From positions 797,066-861,065 of the forward strand of contig NMRA01000065.1 of NCBI GenBank assembly GCA_002633005.1: a stretch of 64,000 nucleotides of DNA, given 5' to 3'. The stretch comes from Phoronis australis (Eukaryota; Animalia; Phoronida). The position numbers and the translations under genes are program-made. Every line of letters starts with the position of its first letter. Position 1 is the stretch's first letter. Below are positions 12,701-26,961 of this stretch, in pieces. The notes beneath the pieces were generated by a model. It saw only the letters and a list, made by a program, of their open reading frames with translations, was not told where the DNA came from and did not search any database.

Positions 12701-15700
12701 TTAAGAAAAGGAATTGGTCGACAGTTAGTTGATCTCTGAAGAGTTCAGTCATAGAATTTTCTTCTGAAGTTTTACTAATTTTATGATGAGAGGATATTTG
12801 GGAAATAATACAGTGGCTGGACTGATTTCCGAATACTTTGACTGGTTCAGTGGAACACCAAGTCCTGTAGCTGTATTAGATAATCCTGCATCCACACCTT
12901 TTATGTGATCACAAATCCTTGACAAGATTGTCTATAAAACTGTGTTCAAAGTCATGTGGAATTTTTGTGTGAACGCAAATAATCCGCTGAAAACTAGCGT
13001 TCACATAGGTAGGCATCCAACTGTTGTGGTACAAGTTATTTAATGTGAAAAATGATAATATTCTAACCAATCACATGTGATCACCATGGACAAACACAGC
13101 CTAACCACAAACCACGTCATTAGAGTTTAGACTTCTCTCAGTAAAATGGGAGATTTGTTATTTGATTTGGTGGTGGATGATAAATATAAGAAAGATCAAA
13201 TGCTGGACGAATGTTCACTTGCAATTGCTTTTAGATGATGGATCAAACATCGGACCTGACTTCTGATCAAACTCCATATGAATGATGTAAAAGTCATAAA
13301 TTGTCTAGCCAATGAATAGCTGTTATCGTATAGACTAGCAGGTTGTGGAGCGCTGTATCTGGACTCACAAATTGGTCATAGACTGAATCATAACTTGCCT
13401 GACTGTTCTCGTTTAGACTGAAGTACCCAAAACAGTTGCTCAGCCATCAGTTCTGGTCACGTGACCAGTTCCGTGAATTCTCACTGCATTATCACCAGCA
13501 ACGGCTGAAAGAGTACCCACACGTCCTTCATCATGTGACAAGAGCAGCCAGTCACATTCCAGACCCTAGTCTCCGCACATTGTTTTACACATTGATATTA
13601 GATAAGGTACCAGCAGTGCAGACCACAAGCTTTACAATCAATTGCTATAAAGAGGTTACTTCCCTTTGGGAATTACGATAAAGGTTCTCCTGTTTGGGAC
13701 AGTGAAAAATTAATTATTTTGACCAAGGTCGGACCTTGTACCAAATTTTAAAAATCGACAATATTGGTCATCCGATATTCAAGAATTATGTTCAGCGACT
13801 TAAGATCATTCACCTCAGTGTTACGCACTATGGGACGCGTGACAATGTTGCATCTTTGGCTATTTTTATTAATATTATGAAGTGCCAAGTCTATTTTCAG
13901 GTTCTGTTGACACAAAATGCAGAATTGAGAAATTTGATGAGCACCAAAATAGCCCATGTCCCAGTCTTCAGAATCTAGAACATTCAAATTTATCTTGAAT
14001 TTTGGTGTCCCAACTTTTAGAGACTGTGTTCAAATTGGACAATTTTTAACGTATTATGTTCTATGATTGTTTAAATTCCAAAATTATTTTACATTAATTT
14101 TCCAATGAACAGACTTATATTAAGCAAATCATGAACTTCTTGTTTTGTTTTCGAACGTAAATTAATAAAAATGTACCTGAATTAATGTTTTAATGACCAT
14201 TACTCATCAAGTGTTTCTTAACTTACATTTAAGTTACAACACAAGCAACACGTGATGGTACTACATGTAGAATGTTGGTAAAATAACTTTTCAATTTCTT
14301 AATACAGGTCCTGAGTGCTTCTATCAGATATTCCCAGTAATAAATCTTAACTACAATCATCGTTAATATAGTGAAGTGAATGTTTTCCAATTAGCTGGTC
14401 TTAATTGATGAGAAGACTTACGATTTACTAACTGCTAACAATTGCAGGGTTGATTTTTTAGTTGTCATGATCTTTTTTCTTCGCATAGTTTTTGATAAAG
14501 GAATTGAGTCACTTGAGACGGTTCTGAAAGGGCACAAAACAATCTTTGGTGACGTTCTTTTTTTCTTTTCAGATTGACAAAGGAAGTAGCCCTTATGTGG
14601 ATGAACTTATTGAAGTGCAGGCTGCTTTTAGTGCTAAACCTCTTGCACTTAAGTATATATCATACATACATGAGGTATTGACTAAATTCTGTGTTTTTGG
14701 GTTGGTGAATTTCCATAACAGATTACTACATTTTCACTGGACATTGTCCTGCACACATTATGTAATACTCACTTAGTGAAAGGGACATTATTGACAACAA
14801 AATTGATTTTCTGAGATCAGCCTCAGTGTGGAATAGAACTTGTAACCCCTGCAGTTTCAGTCTAATGCTTTGCTGGTGGAACTAAATTCCTCTTGATAAA
14901 TGGAACAGTATTTTTAATTAGACATTTAACTGGTGAATTTGTTGGTGAATATCTGGCAGACAACGGTGATTTGACATAAAATCACAAAAACACAAAGTCA
15001 ACTAGATTTCGTTGTTTTATAGCTCATGTCTAAGCTGCCTAATAACTGCACCAATAGTTCCCAAAATGTGGGCGGTAAAACCAGTAAGATCCCTTTAATC
15101 CTGTTGATATTACTTCTGAGTGTGATTTGAGCTAAAGCCCTGTGCAGGGTCATTTTTGAACCATTGTTTTGGATCCAATTTTGGAGTAGTTATTATTCCT
15201 GAATACACATGGTTATAACACCATGGAGTGAAGGAAGTTGGTTGATTTCCTTTATGGTAAGGTTCACCGGTGCTAACTTGATTTTTGAGTTTGAAGTTTG
15301 CGAGTTTGGCGTAAACGATGTAACTAATACTGCGTGTCCCTATGATGTTGTTTATTTACATGGGGTCAGCCGTCTTTAGATACAAGAAAGTGTGATTCTG
15401 AGATAATAATGTACACAGTGTTGTAGTTTCACTATGACTGAGTGTAACTTACGCTGTACTGTCAACTTTCTAGAGTATACTAATTTGCCGTTTCCTTGTG
15501 GTTCATCTGAATGTATTGTTGCTTTGGACAAAGGCCAACCTCATTTACCGTTATTCTTCACCTATTTAACACAAAATGTGGTGGTCAAAATTTTATTTTT
15601 GTCAAATTTCTCAACAAAAATAACAGTTAAGAAAATTTTATTCTGTTGATAGCGTCGTTTGTATTGTGATGATGTCATGAAATATCATTTGGTTTATTTT

Positions 15701-18158
15701 TTTGTTTCCAGTTTTACGGACAAAGAAGCAGCTTTTGGAAAATAGAAAAATGACTATTTTGGCAATTATTTTTGTGCAAATTAAGTGTGAAATTACTGTA
15801 ATCTTGTTTGCCCTATCTCTATCTTTAGAGGTCAAAGTGCTGCTTCAGTGACAATCTCTAGCTGCAAACTTTACCTCCCTCTGTTGGTCCCTCTGTTGTC
15901 GCTGTTACTATCCGACTAATCTTGTTGTTCTGTATGTAATCATACTCAACAGCTTTATTTGCAAGCGTGCTACTCTTTTATAGTACAATGAGTCATTCGG
16001 TATTACTTTACTATTCCTTGTTTTACCCAAACTGTGTGGATGTTGAGTCATGAATTCAGTTGATACTAGCCTTATGTTCATCATGAATCCATGAACATCA
16101 TTTCCTGTTCTTTCGAACCTTTTTACGGTTTGATTCTTGTGAGTTATGATTCAGTTGTGCCACCTGTTGGCTGGGTATGCAGAGACACACATTTTCTGTT
16201 TTCTTTGGTTTGTTTTATTCTGTTTTAGCCGGATGATGTCCCACAATCCACTGTAATACGATTTTCATTTACCTTTTTACTGATAGCAAAATGTGATGTG
16301 TGTGCATCGCAAAGCACAGATTTGTGGGATTCGAGTCCTAATCCAGAAAATGTCAAGTGGGCGATTGTCTGCTCAGTAAGCTGGCAGTTGATTTTGGATG
16401 GATGGTGCCTGTTCACACGTACCTATGATAAAGCGAACATCTGGGTGCTTGAAATACTGTTGAAACGAATAGTCTACAGATCGTATGCACGTCTGCTGCT
16501 TGGGATGACCACTACCCCACAATCCCTTGTGAATATGACATCTATCGCTATCAGTGGAAAGATCAATTTATTTGTAAAAAAGTCAATTATGAATGTCGTC
16601 TGCTCTTCTTACTTACAGAGACATCTTAGTAAAAGTCTGGACATGCCCACCAACAAAAAGAAACTATTGTCTCACGGAACGTTAATCAAGCACATTGATC
16701 TGGCCACCAACAGGGAGGGCTATGATTCACTGACAGAGACAGAGCTAGAACATGTATGTACCGCGTTCATCTTAACTGTGTAATCACTAGTTAAGTGTAT
16801 CAATGATGGCATTTTCGTTGGGGGAAATAAAGTCTCGTAGATAAACTCCAAAATGTTGCTATTGATGGTAAAATTTTGCCAATTTAGGACACAACATGGC
16901 TGATAACTGAAATTTAATTTTGTTTTCATAAAAGATTAGAGAGTACAAAGCACCAAATTAACATCTCAAGTTCGATGCCGTTTGGTAGTTTCAATTGGAA
17001 AATTTTGAGGTATTTCTTCTCATTGAAAATCAGTAGTCTCCTTTTAAGAGGCCAAGTGAATTTAGACCAAAATTTTCAGCTTTTTTGAAAACTGCTGAAG
17101 TTGACTTACAGTCAGACAATTTTTTGAAAATTATAGACACTCATAAATAGGTTAGAAGTCCTTGGAAATGACAAAAGTGCAGTTTTGTCAATTATTTTTG
17201 TTTGAACTTGGAGAAATGTTAATTAAACTGTAATATAATTGTAAAACATATTAGTGCTATATAAATACTTCAACTTGTTTTGATTGTTATCAAAGTTACA
17301 AGTTGGCTTCTTACCAATTTCAAATTAATTTGGTTAAAAGGCATTGACATTTAATTTTCCATGAGAAATGCAACATTGGCAGTAAATTTGTTGCAGGAGT
17401 CTTCAATTGTGCGACAAACCACTTTTTAACACTAGCTGTTCGTGTATGGATCTTACTTTAAGTGAATCCTGAAGTCATTTCTGCTGCATTGAAGGGATAC
17501 TTCTTTTCAATCCACCCTGTATTTGGTTACTAACCCTGTCTGTTTCAGATGTGTTTTGTACGGGGTCTAAATCCACTTCATTCATCAAGAAAGGAACTCG
17601 AGCAATTCCTCATATCATGGTACCATCTTAGCCTAGTAACAACAGGTAAGTACAATGTTTTACATTAATTTTTTAGTGCACTCTGCAAAGAACGTGTGAA
17701 ATTTTATTTTATCGAATTTCTCGAACAAAACCAAAGATTAAGAGATTTTAGTTTGTCAGCTGTTTTGTGTCGAGATTTCATTTCACAAGGTAATCAGAAA
17801 AGTAGAAAATGACAATGTCGGCAGTCTAAAGCCTTGGCTGCATTTTCAAAATTTATCTTGCTTGTTTTGTATGATTGCTGGTTCAAAAATACACTGCTTC
17901 TTTAACTATATGCTTTCATGTAATCAACCTATCTTGGCTCATCATAATGCGAAAGCAATAGAATTCTTTTCTACCTGGCATTATTATTGTTTGATTTGTT
18001 TCTGAACACAGTACTGATGGAGTCAATGTTTTTTAGAGTCCAATATGTCCATGTTGCTTCATGCTCCGGTCCTACTCAACTCGAACCATCCTCACAACAG
18101 GGACACCAAGTTGTCTGAGTGGAGGAATGAAGATTCATCTGGAGGCACCAGTGGCTGA
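9682..18158 (+). CDS. LETMD1: LETM1 domain-containing protein 1, spliced gene: join(9682..9749,11556..11704,11952..12064,12504..12586,13417..13606,14573..14674,16619..16753,17549..17645,18037..18158), 1059 nt, 352 aa
   Basis: GT-AG introns with consistent phases. Motifs LEKKFPKAY, G(M)KTFYND, TRKEL, DIWKVMP-hydrophobic-LPFGVYLV, YPKQLLSHQFW, IDLATNREGYDSLTETEL, CFVRGLN, WYHLS, SMLLHAPVLL match LETMD1/HCCR-1. Basic presequence-like N-terminus. Confidence 0.92.
10115..10239. mobile_element. Short MITE-like element with CATGG...CCCATG ends (related copy at 59885-60001)
   Basis: Shared gcaccatagggagct(a/g)tagcccccacttttttcagt, inverted termini. Confidence 0.6.
11556..11704 (+). CDS. LETMD1: LETMD1 exon 2
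   Basis: Pyrimidine tract plus cag, gtaagt donor, encodes ...YVAWYESHLEKKFPKAYEVYQLFKIG. Confidence 0.9.
11952..12064 (+). CDS. LETMD1: LETMD1 exon 3
   Basis: catcag acceptor, gtaggc donor, encodes MKTFYNDTK...FTRKELQTYRQ. Confidence 0.9.
12504..12586 (+). CDS. LETMD1: LETMD1 exon 4 (transmembrane segment)
   Basis: tttcag acceptor, gtaagt donor, encodes FPSDIWKVMPILFIGALPFGVYLVLPLG. Confidence 0.92.
13417..13606 (+). CDS. LETMD1: LETMD1 exon 5
   Basis: tttag acceptor, gtacca donor, encodes LKYPKQLLSHQFWSRDQ... Confidence 0.9.
13686..14040. mobile_element. MITE-like element, family also at ~43919-44319 (inverted) and ~33440-33682
   Basis: Termini ttctcc(a/t)gtttgggacag and ctgtcccaaactggagaa, plus shared internal motifs. 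Confidence 0.55.
14573..14674 (+). CDS. LETMD1: LETMD1 exon 6
   Basis: Strong pyrimidine tract plus cag, gtattg donor, encodes IDKGSSPYVDELIEVQAAFSAKPLALKYISYIHE. Confidence 0.88.
16619..16753 (+). CDS. LETMD1: LETMD1 exon 7
   Basis: ttacag acceptor, gtatgt donor, encodes RHLSKSLDM...IKHIDLATNREGYDSLTETELEH. Confidence 0.88.
17549..17645 (+). CDS. LETMD1: LETMD1 exon 8
   Basis: tttcag acceptor, gtaagt donor, encodes MCFVRGLNPLHSSRKELEQFLISWYHLS. Confidence 0.92.
18037..18158 (+). CDS. LETMD1: LETMD1 last coding exon
   Basis: ttttag acceptor, encodes SNMSMLLHAPVLLNSNHP...GTSG*, TGA at 18156-18158. Confidence 0.88.
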
Positions 18159-19432
18159 CTTCCTGGACAGCCTGCATAGCACGAGTGATGTGCTCTTGTT
18201 GAAGATACTGCACCGCATGTGTTGACTTCTTCCGTCACAGAAGATGATGGTCTGGTTTCAAATCATTTTCAATGTATTTTTGCGATCATCATACCACCAA
18301 ATTCCCATTGTGGTGCTTTGAGATATTCAAATGACTTCTGCAAAAAAGTCTAAAATCTGAAAATGTTGACTCTATGAATGAATGAGAATTACCAAGTATG
18401 ATTTTGGGCGTGCTCTCAAGTGTCAAGCTGGTTATAAGCTGTCAAGTATCAGCCTTCTATCAAAAGAGTAACATTTGATTTTAGTTAGATTTTATTTGCC
18501 GAAAGCAATATTGCTATCCAAATAACCTGGTTCTGTGTCTTCTGAATGCTATTCCTGAACGCATCAAAATTCCGATCGACAGATGTCACTAATTCATGAA
18601 AAGTAGTCCAGACATAGTTATCATGTTTAATAATTGGCACACAGCATGAGCGCATAACAGAGTGAGAGTTTTTAAGTCAGTGATGATAGTGAGTCCAGTT
18701 TATAGTACCTCAAGTCCCTATTATTGCATGACAACCATTCTGCAACTTTGCTGTGCTGTAGCTGAAAGGTTGGCTGAAATGTTTTTTTTGAACATATGAT
18801 GACCAGCTGAGTAAATTTAAATGTAACACAGTCACACCTCATTCACCAGAGAGAATAGATATATTTCAGTACCAGGTCAACAACAGTTCTATATTTGATT
18901 CAGTTCCTCATTACATCTCAGTTTCAAACGAACGCTTGTCATTTTTTTGTTCTCTAAGCCAATCGCTAACAAACTTCCTGCAGGCCAAGAAACACGCATC
19001 CTTACTCATGTCACCCACGTCACAATAGCGATTTAACATCTCATCAAAATGACAATAAAGCAACACAGTTGGCAATGGCAGTATATGCTATTACACTACT
19101 TTTAGTTAAATCTCACCAATTGGGACAAATATATATGTCCCGGTCAGGGGCAGAAATCTTTTTGTACTGATGGCCAATAGGTGGCTTGCAGATCAGACTT
19201 AAAATGTTTGTAATTGTGACAAAGACAATAGCCAAAATTGATATTTTTTCATCATTTTTCAAGGGCTTCTAAAACGTTGTTGTGGATGCCCACTATTTTT
19301 CAACACATTGTCTGATGGTAGATATGCCATAAATCTTAATAATAACAAATAATTTGATTTGGTGCTAGCTGTATTGCGCTTATTTGCCATGATATTGTAT
19401 CATAGATTGGCGTGAATTTTCCAAATGGATCC

Positions 19433-19590
19433 CATAGGTGGATCCAGTGGAGGGGTAAAGGGGGTCCGGAGCTCCCCTTTTTTCCCTTGATTTTAGTGAT
19501 GTCAAATTTCAAACTGTTGACATGGACCCCTCTTTTTAAAAATATTCTTAATCTGACCCCCCTTTTTAAAAAATCCTGGATCCTTCCTTG
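19433..19590. mobile_element. Degenerate MITE of the CAGTGGCGGATCCAG...CTGGATCCGCC type
   Basis: ggtggatccag and aaaatcctggatcc inverted ends with G/C-run subterminal motifs. Confidence 0.55.
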
Positions 19591-21102
19591 GATTATGATC
19601 TCGAGCAATAATGAATTGTCAGTGCTTCCCAATCCCAGTGACCACGTTTTCTGTGTAATGTTCTGGTTGAGATGATGGCCTTTGAAAATGGCTGACCACA
19701 ATTTGCATGTTGCCGTGGGCAAATAGCTTTATCGGCAATTTCCTGTCAATGACACTGAAAGTAGTCACATGTAAACCTTCTGTGGAGTAGTTACGCATGT
19801 GAAGGCCTGTTAGCACTTGACTTTGAATTGCCAGAAGGTGACTTGAAGAAATTTCTGAGCACCTGCCCTCAAAAGTTAGCTTTTTGACCGAAGATGGGTA
19901 CATAATAAGGCTAAATGCAAAGCAACTGAAAATGTCATCAAACACTGTGTAAGTAACCTTTGTTTACATGCACAAGCACCAGAGTTTTTATGCCCTTGAC
20001 TTACGTCAAAGAGATTCCATGAAGTCACTATAGACTAAGAGGTGTTTCAGTGATGGTAAATTTCTTCAATTCTTCTATTTCGTAAGTTTGCTGAATCACT
20101 ACATGTGCTCGAATTTTGTCAAATTTTCTTTAGAACAAGCCAAAACTTCCTGAAATTTGATTTTTGAATAGAAGTTTTGCCATGAGTTGAAATTTCTCTT
20201 GTCGACCATATTGTCTCTCAAACCAAAGAATTTCTACCTTAAAAAGCATGCTTCTGTGTTGCAATAGCAACCAATGGATTGCCATAAATGCCGAACGAAA
20301 GAGGCTGGCGTTGTCTCACCTTCATTTCTGCTCTTTCTGTGTTAGTCATAAAATGGGAAAAGTTGTATAGATGAAGAGTTTCAGTGGACATGATTTGCCT
20401 GCGGTGTTCAGGCATAGCATAGCCTTTTTGTCTGCAACTTTTGCAAATTGCTTTCTTGCATTTTTTAAAAGTTTACGGCTTTGATAAAATTGATCAGAAT
20501 TTCAGTCATCGTTGGTTAATAACAGTTGTTCAATTCGAGGATTTCATCAACTGCAATCATCCTCTTTTGGTGTCTGTTATCGTTTTGTAAACAGGTCTTT
20601 CACAGACTCTGATATCACTGTGTTTAAAAGCCAAATCTTGCATTTGAAAAAACGCCAGCAGCACTGCCAATTGAGGAACATTTGAAGTTGATGAAGTCTG
20701 CGGAATTCAAGCTGTGGTAACCATGAAAATAAGTTTGTGTACTTTTGTTAAGAGTTGATATACAGTAGTTTTAACACTAAGGACACAACATGACAGACAA
20801 TTTGAATTTTATTTTTTCACTTTTTCCATAGCTACCATCTGACAATATTTTGAAAAATTGTAAGCATTCTCAACAGTGGCCATTAAAAATTAAATATTTA
20901 GGGCTAGAATGGTGATAAAGGGACTATAAGTTTGGCAATTATTTATGTCTGATTTTGGTAAGAGTTTACGGTTAGAGTTTCAGTTGTGCCATATTGTACT
21001 CTTTAAGTGAAGAACACATGCGATTCTCTATGACTGCACAACACCTAGTCGACGAAATTGTCGTACGGGCTGCTTGACTAAATGTTTTGCGGGATTAAAT
21101 TG

Positions 21103-21260
21103 CAGTGGCGGATTTAGAGGGGGGCCAAGGGGGCCATGGCCCCCCTAAAATTCTCCCAGATTCCATTTGGCAGTTCGGGGGTGCGAATGTCTGACAGGCA
21201 AAATCCTGGCTAATACACTGCCCTGGCCCCCCCTAACTCAAAATCCTGGATCCGCCCCTG
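21103..21260. mobile_element. MITE (158 bp) with TIRs CAGTGGCGGATTTAG / CTGGATCCGCCCCTG
   Basis: Imperfect 15-bp TIRs, flanked by direct repeat AATTG on both sides. Confidence 0.8.
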
Positions 21261-24200
21261 AATTGTGTGTAATTGTTAAGTTTGCTTTGTTTTGTGTTCT
21301 TGTGAATGTCATGAATAGACCATCAGATGCAGGGCTGACACTTAGGAAAATCGACAGCGGTGAGATGCCATCTCGGATTAATAATTTTAGTTTGTGAATT
21401 TATCCTCTCGTGCTGATGGGTAGGCAATTTTTTTATCGACCTGGTACCATTTATTTGATATTGCCCAGCCCTGGAGGTGTGGTGGCACAACCTATCCGTT
21501 ATTTGACCCACATGTGTCGCTGCGTCAATTATTTCAAGTGGCCATTACTCAGCCTTCAGTCAGTGACCAGTCATTCTGAATCTTGAAGGTGGAGCGTTAC
21601 TGAAGACTACCCTGATGTTAAATTCAGCGTCCACCCAGTCATCATCACAAGGAATTTTGGGTCATTTTGTCTGAATACTTTGGTCTTGTACAATAGTTCC
21701 GTACTAGTACAAACTTCTCGGATTCATATTTGTTAGGTGACGTGATGTGGCTAATAGGTGGTGTGCAGGCCAGACTTAAAATGTTTAACCAGTACAAACT
21801 GCAAGTAAAACATGACTTGCATATTACTTTTTGTAGGCAAGCTTTGATGTTGACATTTTTGCCACAAGTTTCCAAGAACAAAAATTTTCTGACTGATTTC
21901 AAAAGTTGTTTTCCTCCTCTTTGTACAACAGCACAAAAACGAATCATCCTTTGACAACATTTTATTTCAGTCGCGTGAACTTTTGAACAGCATGAGCTAG
22001 CTTACATGTAACACATTAGAAAATGCGTTTTTAATACCTAGACCTATAACTTTCTAATGTGTGAAAGCTTGGTCACTTTACAGTGTCCTGATATGCACAG
22101 TACATAACTAATCAACGGAGGACCCAAGTTTCTCAATCACTACATATAACATCCAACAAACATGCTCTACTACCAGTTCGCATTTTATTAAAGCTGCTAT
22201 CAACCAGGTATTCAATTTTACCAACTATTGACTACTCATCACTACAAACTTGGTTTCAACTTGTTCCTTACGTAGATGATACGTGTGAATTCTGGGCTTG
22301 GAAAGAACGAACACTTTTGCCGTTCCTTGAGATCTCTCCTCGAGATCACTCCTGGTGCAAAAATGTTCTGCTGTGACGAGCCATTTTATTGCATCGGGTC
22401 TTGAGGAATAGCAATCGAATTTTCAAACATGTTCATACCAGGGCTGTATTCCAATGGCCCAAGACAAGAGAAAACTTAAGTTTGATCACATGCATTATGA
22501 TATCTTGTGAAGACTTGGACTATCTTGCAATTTTCTCGAGTCTATTAGCGAAACCCTGTTTTGTAACGAGAAGTGATCAAAATCAAAAGTTTTGAATGTA
22601 AGGCAGGTTTATAGCAGCTTTAAAAGTAAAACAATAGGTCTGTGAAAAAAATGGAATTCCCCAAACTTGGTGGTGAGAAATTGAAAGTGTGCAGTGATAA
22701 AGGTCGGTTGACTTTGAGAGTTGCCAGTCTCCCTTTTAGTCTGGTGTTCTCATTTGTTTCTCACCAGTAAAATTATTTTCTCACAAGTTACATTTCTATT
22801 ACCTGACACCACAATTCTTTGATAACCAACAAATTTCCTGTCACCACACTTTCATAAAGCAATATTCTATCTCTTGAGCTGGTACTTGCGAGACTGGCTA
22901 CCCTCCAAGTTGAATGCAACAGCCAAATAAAACAGAAATAAAAGTTTTAAGACAACTGCTTGGGCACATTTTTTAAATCTCACATTACAGCACTAAATCC
23001 AGGAAATAATCCTTACAGAAAAGAATCTAGTTAAAATGTCCAGAATCTTATTTGAGCTTGGCCAATGGCGTCAGATTTTGGGTCTTCTTCCACACCAACA
23101 TCGATAGGAATGTGGCCGCCTATTTTAGTACACTTGAGTCTACCAGACAAGCCTCATTGTTGCACACGGACAGGTTTATTTTGACTAGTAGCAATTAAAC
23201 AACGAGTTGTGTTTGACGGAATTCACTAAAGATTGTGTCAAGGACAAACACTCTTATTCCAATTACCAAGAGGTGCACTTTTACAAGCTTGGACAAAAGG
23301 TGACTGGCCTAACCAGGTAATTCAAGATTTTAGACAAGCCTGGCTTACCTTACTCATCGGTAGTCTTTTTCAAGCTAACTAAGCAACGCTTAGTAACGGA
23401 CCAAGTAAATTCAGTCTAGGAAATGACGTACATGTACTATAATGCTTGGCCAAGCTTAGTCAGATTCAGCTGTTAAAGAAGACTTGTAACAAAACTAGAG
23501 AATCCGTTATACCCAAAAATTAAAAAGAATTCAAGCCTGTGAAAGTGGCACCATCTAAAATTCTCAGCGATTGCACAATAAATGTATCACTAGAACAATC
23601 AACAGTTAGGAGTCATAATGAACTCCTTCAGTCCACAACCCCCCCCCCCCAATGAAATTTCTGTCAAACCAGTTTTCAACATCACAATTTTCCACCCAGT
23701 GTGTAATCTAGCACATAATCTTGCTTACCCAATGAATTAAACTGCAAGCATGTCTTAAACAAGAACGAGAAATGGATCGTGCATTTAAAGGGACATTCTC
23801 ATCAAAAAAGCAAATTTTCCAGAAATCCATAGTAACGTAGATTTGAATGTGCCACCTGCAGAGTAGAAGCCACATACTTTACCGCTGAGACAAATCTAAC
23901 GTGCTAACCAGCAGTCTATGAGAGTATTTTATGCAAACTTAAATGGCTAAGACACCGGCCTCGTTTTCACAGATTGTCTGGCAGACAATGGCGAGAATTG
24001 GCAATTTGTAATAAAATCACAAAAACAATGGATCTTGATGTCTGCAGCATTGATCAAAGTTACTATTTTGAAGAGGTCTATTCTATTCAACAATAACCAC
24101 CAAAATTGTATTGGTCACAAAAACCATGTCCCTTTATATACACCCAAAATGCTCTGGTCAAGTATGACCCATACTGATGCGCCTCAATGTCAAGACAAAC

Positions 24201-26961
24201 AACTCTCCAACTACCAATTCGCCAAATAAAAACCAACATGGCCATCCAGAGTGTGAACTCGGGACTTTGACAAAAAGGATATGAATCTTGCAATGATGCA
24301 AAATAAATCACCAGTGCCGTTTTCATTGTCTTTAAATCTAACCCTGTCTCACCATGAAAGTTAAACTATGTACGTCAAGTCCACTTTTGCATTATGCTGC
24401 ACTTAGCAATATCATTTCAAAATACTCATTTGGGCAACCAGAGATTCACTATCTCGCATGGTTTCTGAAATTCCATCCACGTAGAATTTTTAGTGAACAT
24501 TCAATATTTTACACAACATGCACCATTTAAGTTTGACAACAATCACATAGTTTGAAGCATTGAAATAATTCATAAACCATGCAGTCATTTTTGTACAGCA
24601 TTCATTATCACGGGCAGGTCACACCACCATACAGGACAGTTTTCGATACACATTCAAATGATACCAAGTCGACAAAGTTTCCTACCATAATTCACAACTA
24701 GAATAGCTAACAAAACATAGCTAACTATAATAGTCTAAGAACAATATCAATACCCATAAAATAACCACGTGGTTTTGTTAAAATACAACACAACTGTTTA
24801 TCACAGGTGGTAATCATTTTCATCTCTAAAGCTCCAGAAACCACCTCAATAACGACTTACCATGTCCTCATATTTTGCATCACCCTGATGACCAAAGGTT
24901 ACTTCCTATCCTACTTGAACAATATAGTTTTTTATGCTCCTCAAAACATCCACAAAATGCTCACCTCAGTTATCAACATTTCTCAAAAGAAAATGCACGA
25001 TCCATTCTTTTGTGAATACCTTTACCAGAGAGTCTCCACGAACACAAAGATTTTTCAACAGCTGTATGTATTGCAATCACCTTCAGTATTATGCAATCTA
25101 AGTACTCTTAAAGCCCCCGGCAGCCCCATATTCGAAAACCGTTAAACTGACAATTGACCGATCACTTCTTCAAAGGGAAGATTCATCACCGATAACTCAA
25201 TTTATTTCACTTTGAAGTTTTCGACTTCAGCTGGACCTATTTAGTGTTGCATGGGACTTTAAAAAGGCACTGCATTAGCCCACTAAAAATACACTTTAAC
25301 GTCCTTGAACAAAGCAAGTACAATAATGTAAATTTTTGAAATGAACAAACTTTAAAATGTTTAGAGAGGCCCAGTCAAGACCCCATCCTAAGTTACATTT
25401 ATTTTGAATTTCTTTAACAAAGGAAATTTAGTGCTTCCTATATTTGTCTAAGTGTCAAAGCACAAGTCGTGATTCTCAATCATTGACTGCGTAAATTTGA
25501 GTATGACAACAATCCCTTTTTGTCCATTTTCAAACACGCTCAAGAGATTTCATTGGCAAAGGCATCTGTTTCATAACGTAATCTTAACAAAAACAAAGAT
25601 AATAAAATAAAAAAGGTCACGGAACAAACATATGTAGTCCGTGTGCTGTAAAAATGCACAAAAAGGAATTCAATTTTTAGACACTGGATCATAATTTTTC
25701 TGAAATTCAAGATTCACTTTGAGAATTTTATTCAAGATAAGGGGTGTCGAGTGGGTATGCACCCCCTGGCTCAGTAATTTTCCAGATGCTTTAATAATTT
25801 CCTCAAAACCTGGACGTCTAAAGAACGTCACATAAACACCTTACGTCAAGTCATTATTACTCAGATAAAACAGAGCTTGTATACAACAATATATTAGCAT
25901 GAATTGACTTGTCAACAGATGGCAATTCTCCACTTGTTTCGTACACAACACATAATTACCAAAATTGACGTTTTTCCCAATTTTCAAAAGGCAATTACCT
26001 TGTGGCAAATGTTTAGTAATCAACTCGGTAATTTTTTTACAAATATTGACTGTCGAGAATTTTGATGAAATAAAATTCTACTCGTCGGCCATACTGTGCG
26101 CTAAATAGGTGAAGAACTACTTAGTCAAAAGGAATGACCTCATGACCTCTCAGTGAACAACCAATAGGTGTAAAGCTTAGTTAAAAGGAGTCTTACCAGT
26201 GGTCAGTGCTTAGAATGCCGACACGTTTGTACACAGACAGCTGCCTGTGACAAAGCCGTACTTCCTATCTCAAATAGGAATAGAATGAAGATGCCCGTGA
26301 CTCGTTTTAAGTAATATTGCAATGAGACAGAATAACCGCTGATGAGATACCATTCGAGCAAAAGATACTCTGTTGCAGTGGAAACTGTAGCACCAAATGT
26401 AGTAATAATACATAGGCCACAAAAACAAGCACCAGAAAATAAATACATGCAAATAAACCAACAGATTAAAACTCCTACGATTAGTGAGACAATTTCAAAA
26501 TCTTACACCGAAGCCCTGCTTGCCATTTTGAATGCGCGATTATAATCGATTGGTGAAAAGCGATTCCAAATGGTCAAGACTATCTGTCTTCACCATGACA
26601 AACGTATACAGAAAATAAATACACGCAACTTGTAATGAGGCAAGTGCCCTACCAAGACCAAAGAACATTTAGCTAAAAATTGTACAGCAATGCCTCAATC
26701 AAAACTTCCCACTTATTTCTCACTAAGACATCTCAGTGTTGCGTATGTTGCACAAATCACCTTAAAGATGAAACAGATGGTTTATCACAACATGCCTGCA
26801 ATACCCAATGTCCAGATTCTCAACTTTTTGAAAAGTTGCGTTTGATATCAACTTCATGTTGAAATAAATAATAACTTAACAGATCTATAATGTTAATAAC
26901 AGATCTTCACAAGATTATGATCTCAACCTTTATAAATATGGAATCAGGGCTTATTTAGCTA

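Noticed and set aside
16298-16618. 5' part of the 161-aa ORF as extra LETMD1 coding sequence
   Set aside because: LETMD1 similarity starts only after the acceptor at 16617-16618. The upstream part is intronic open frame.
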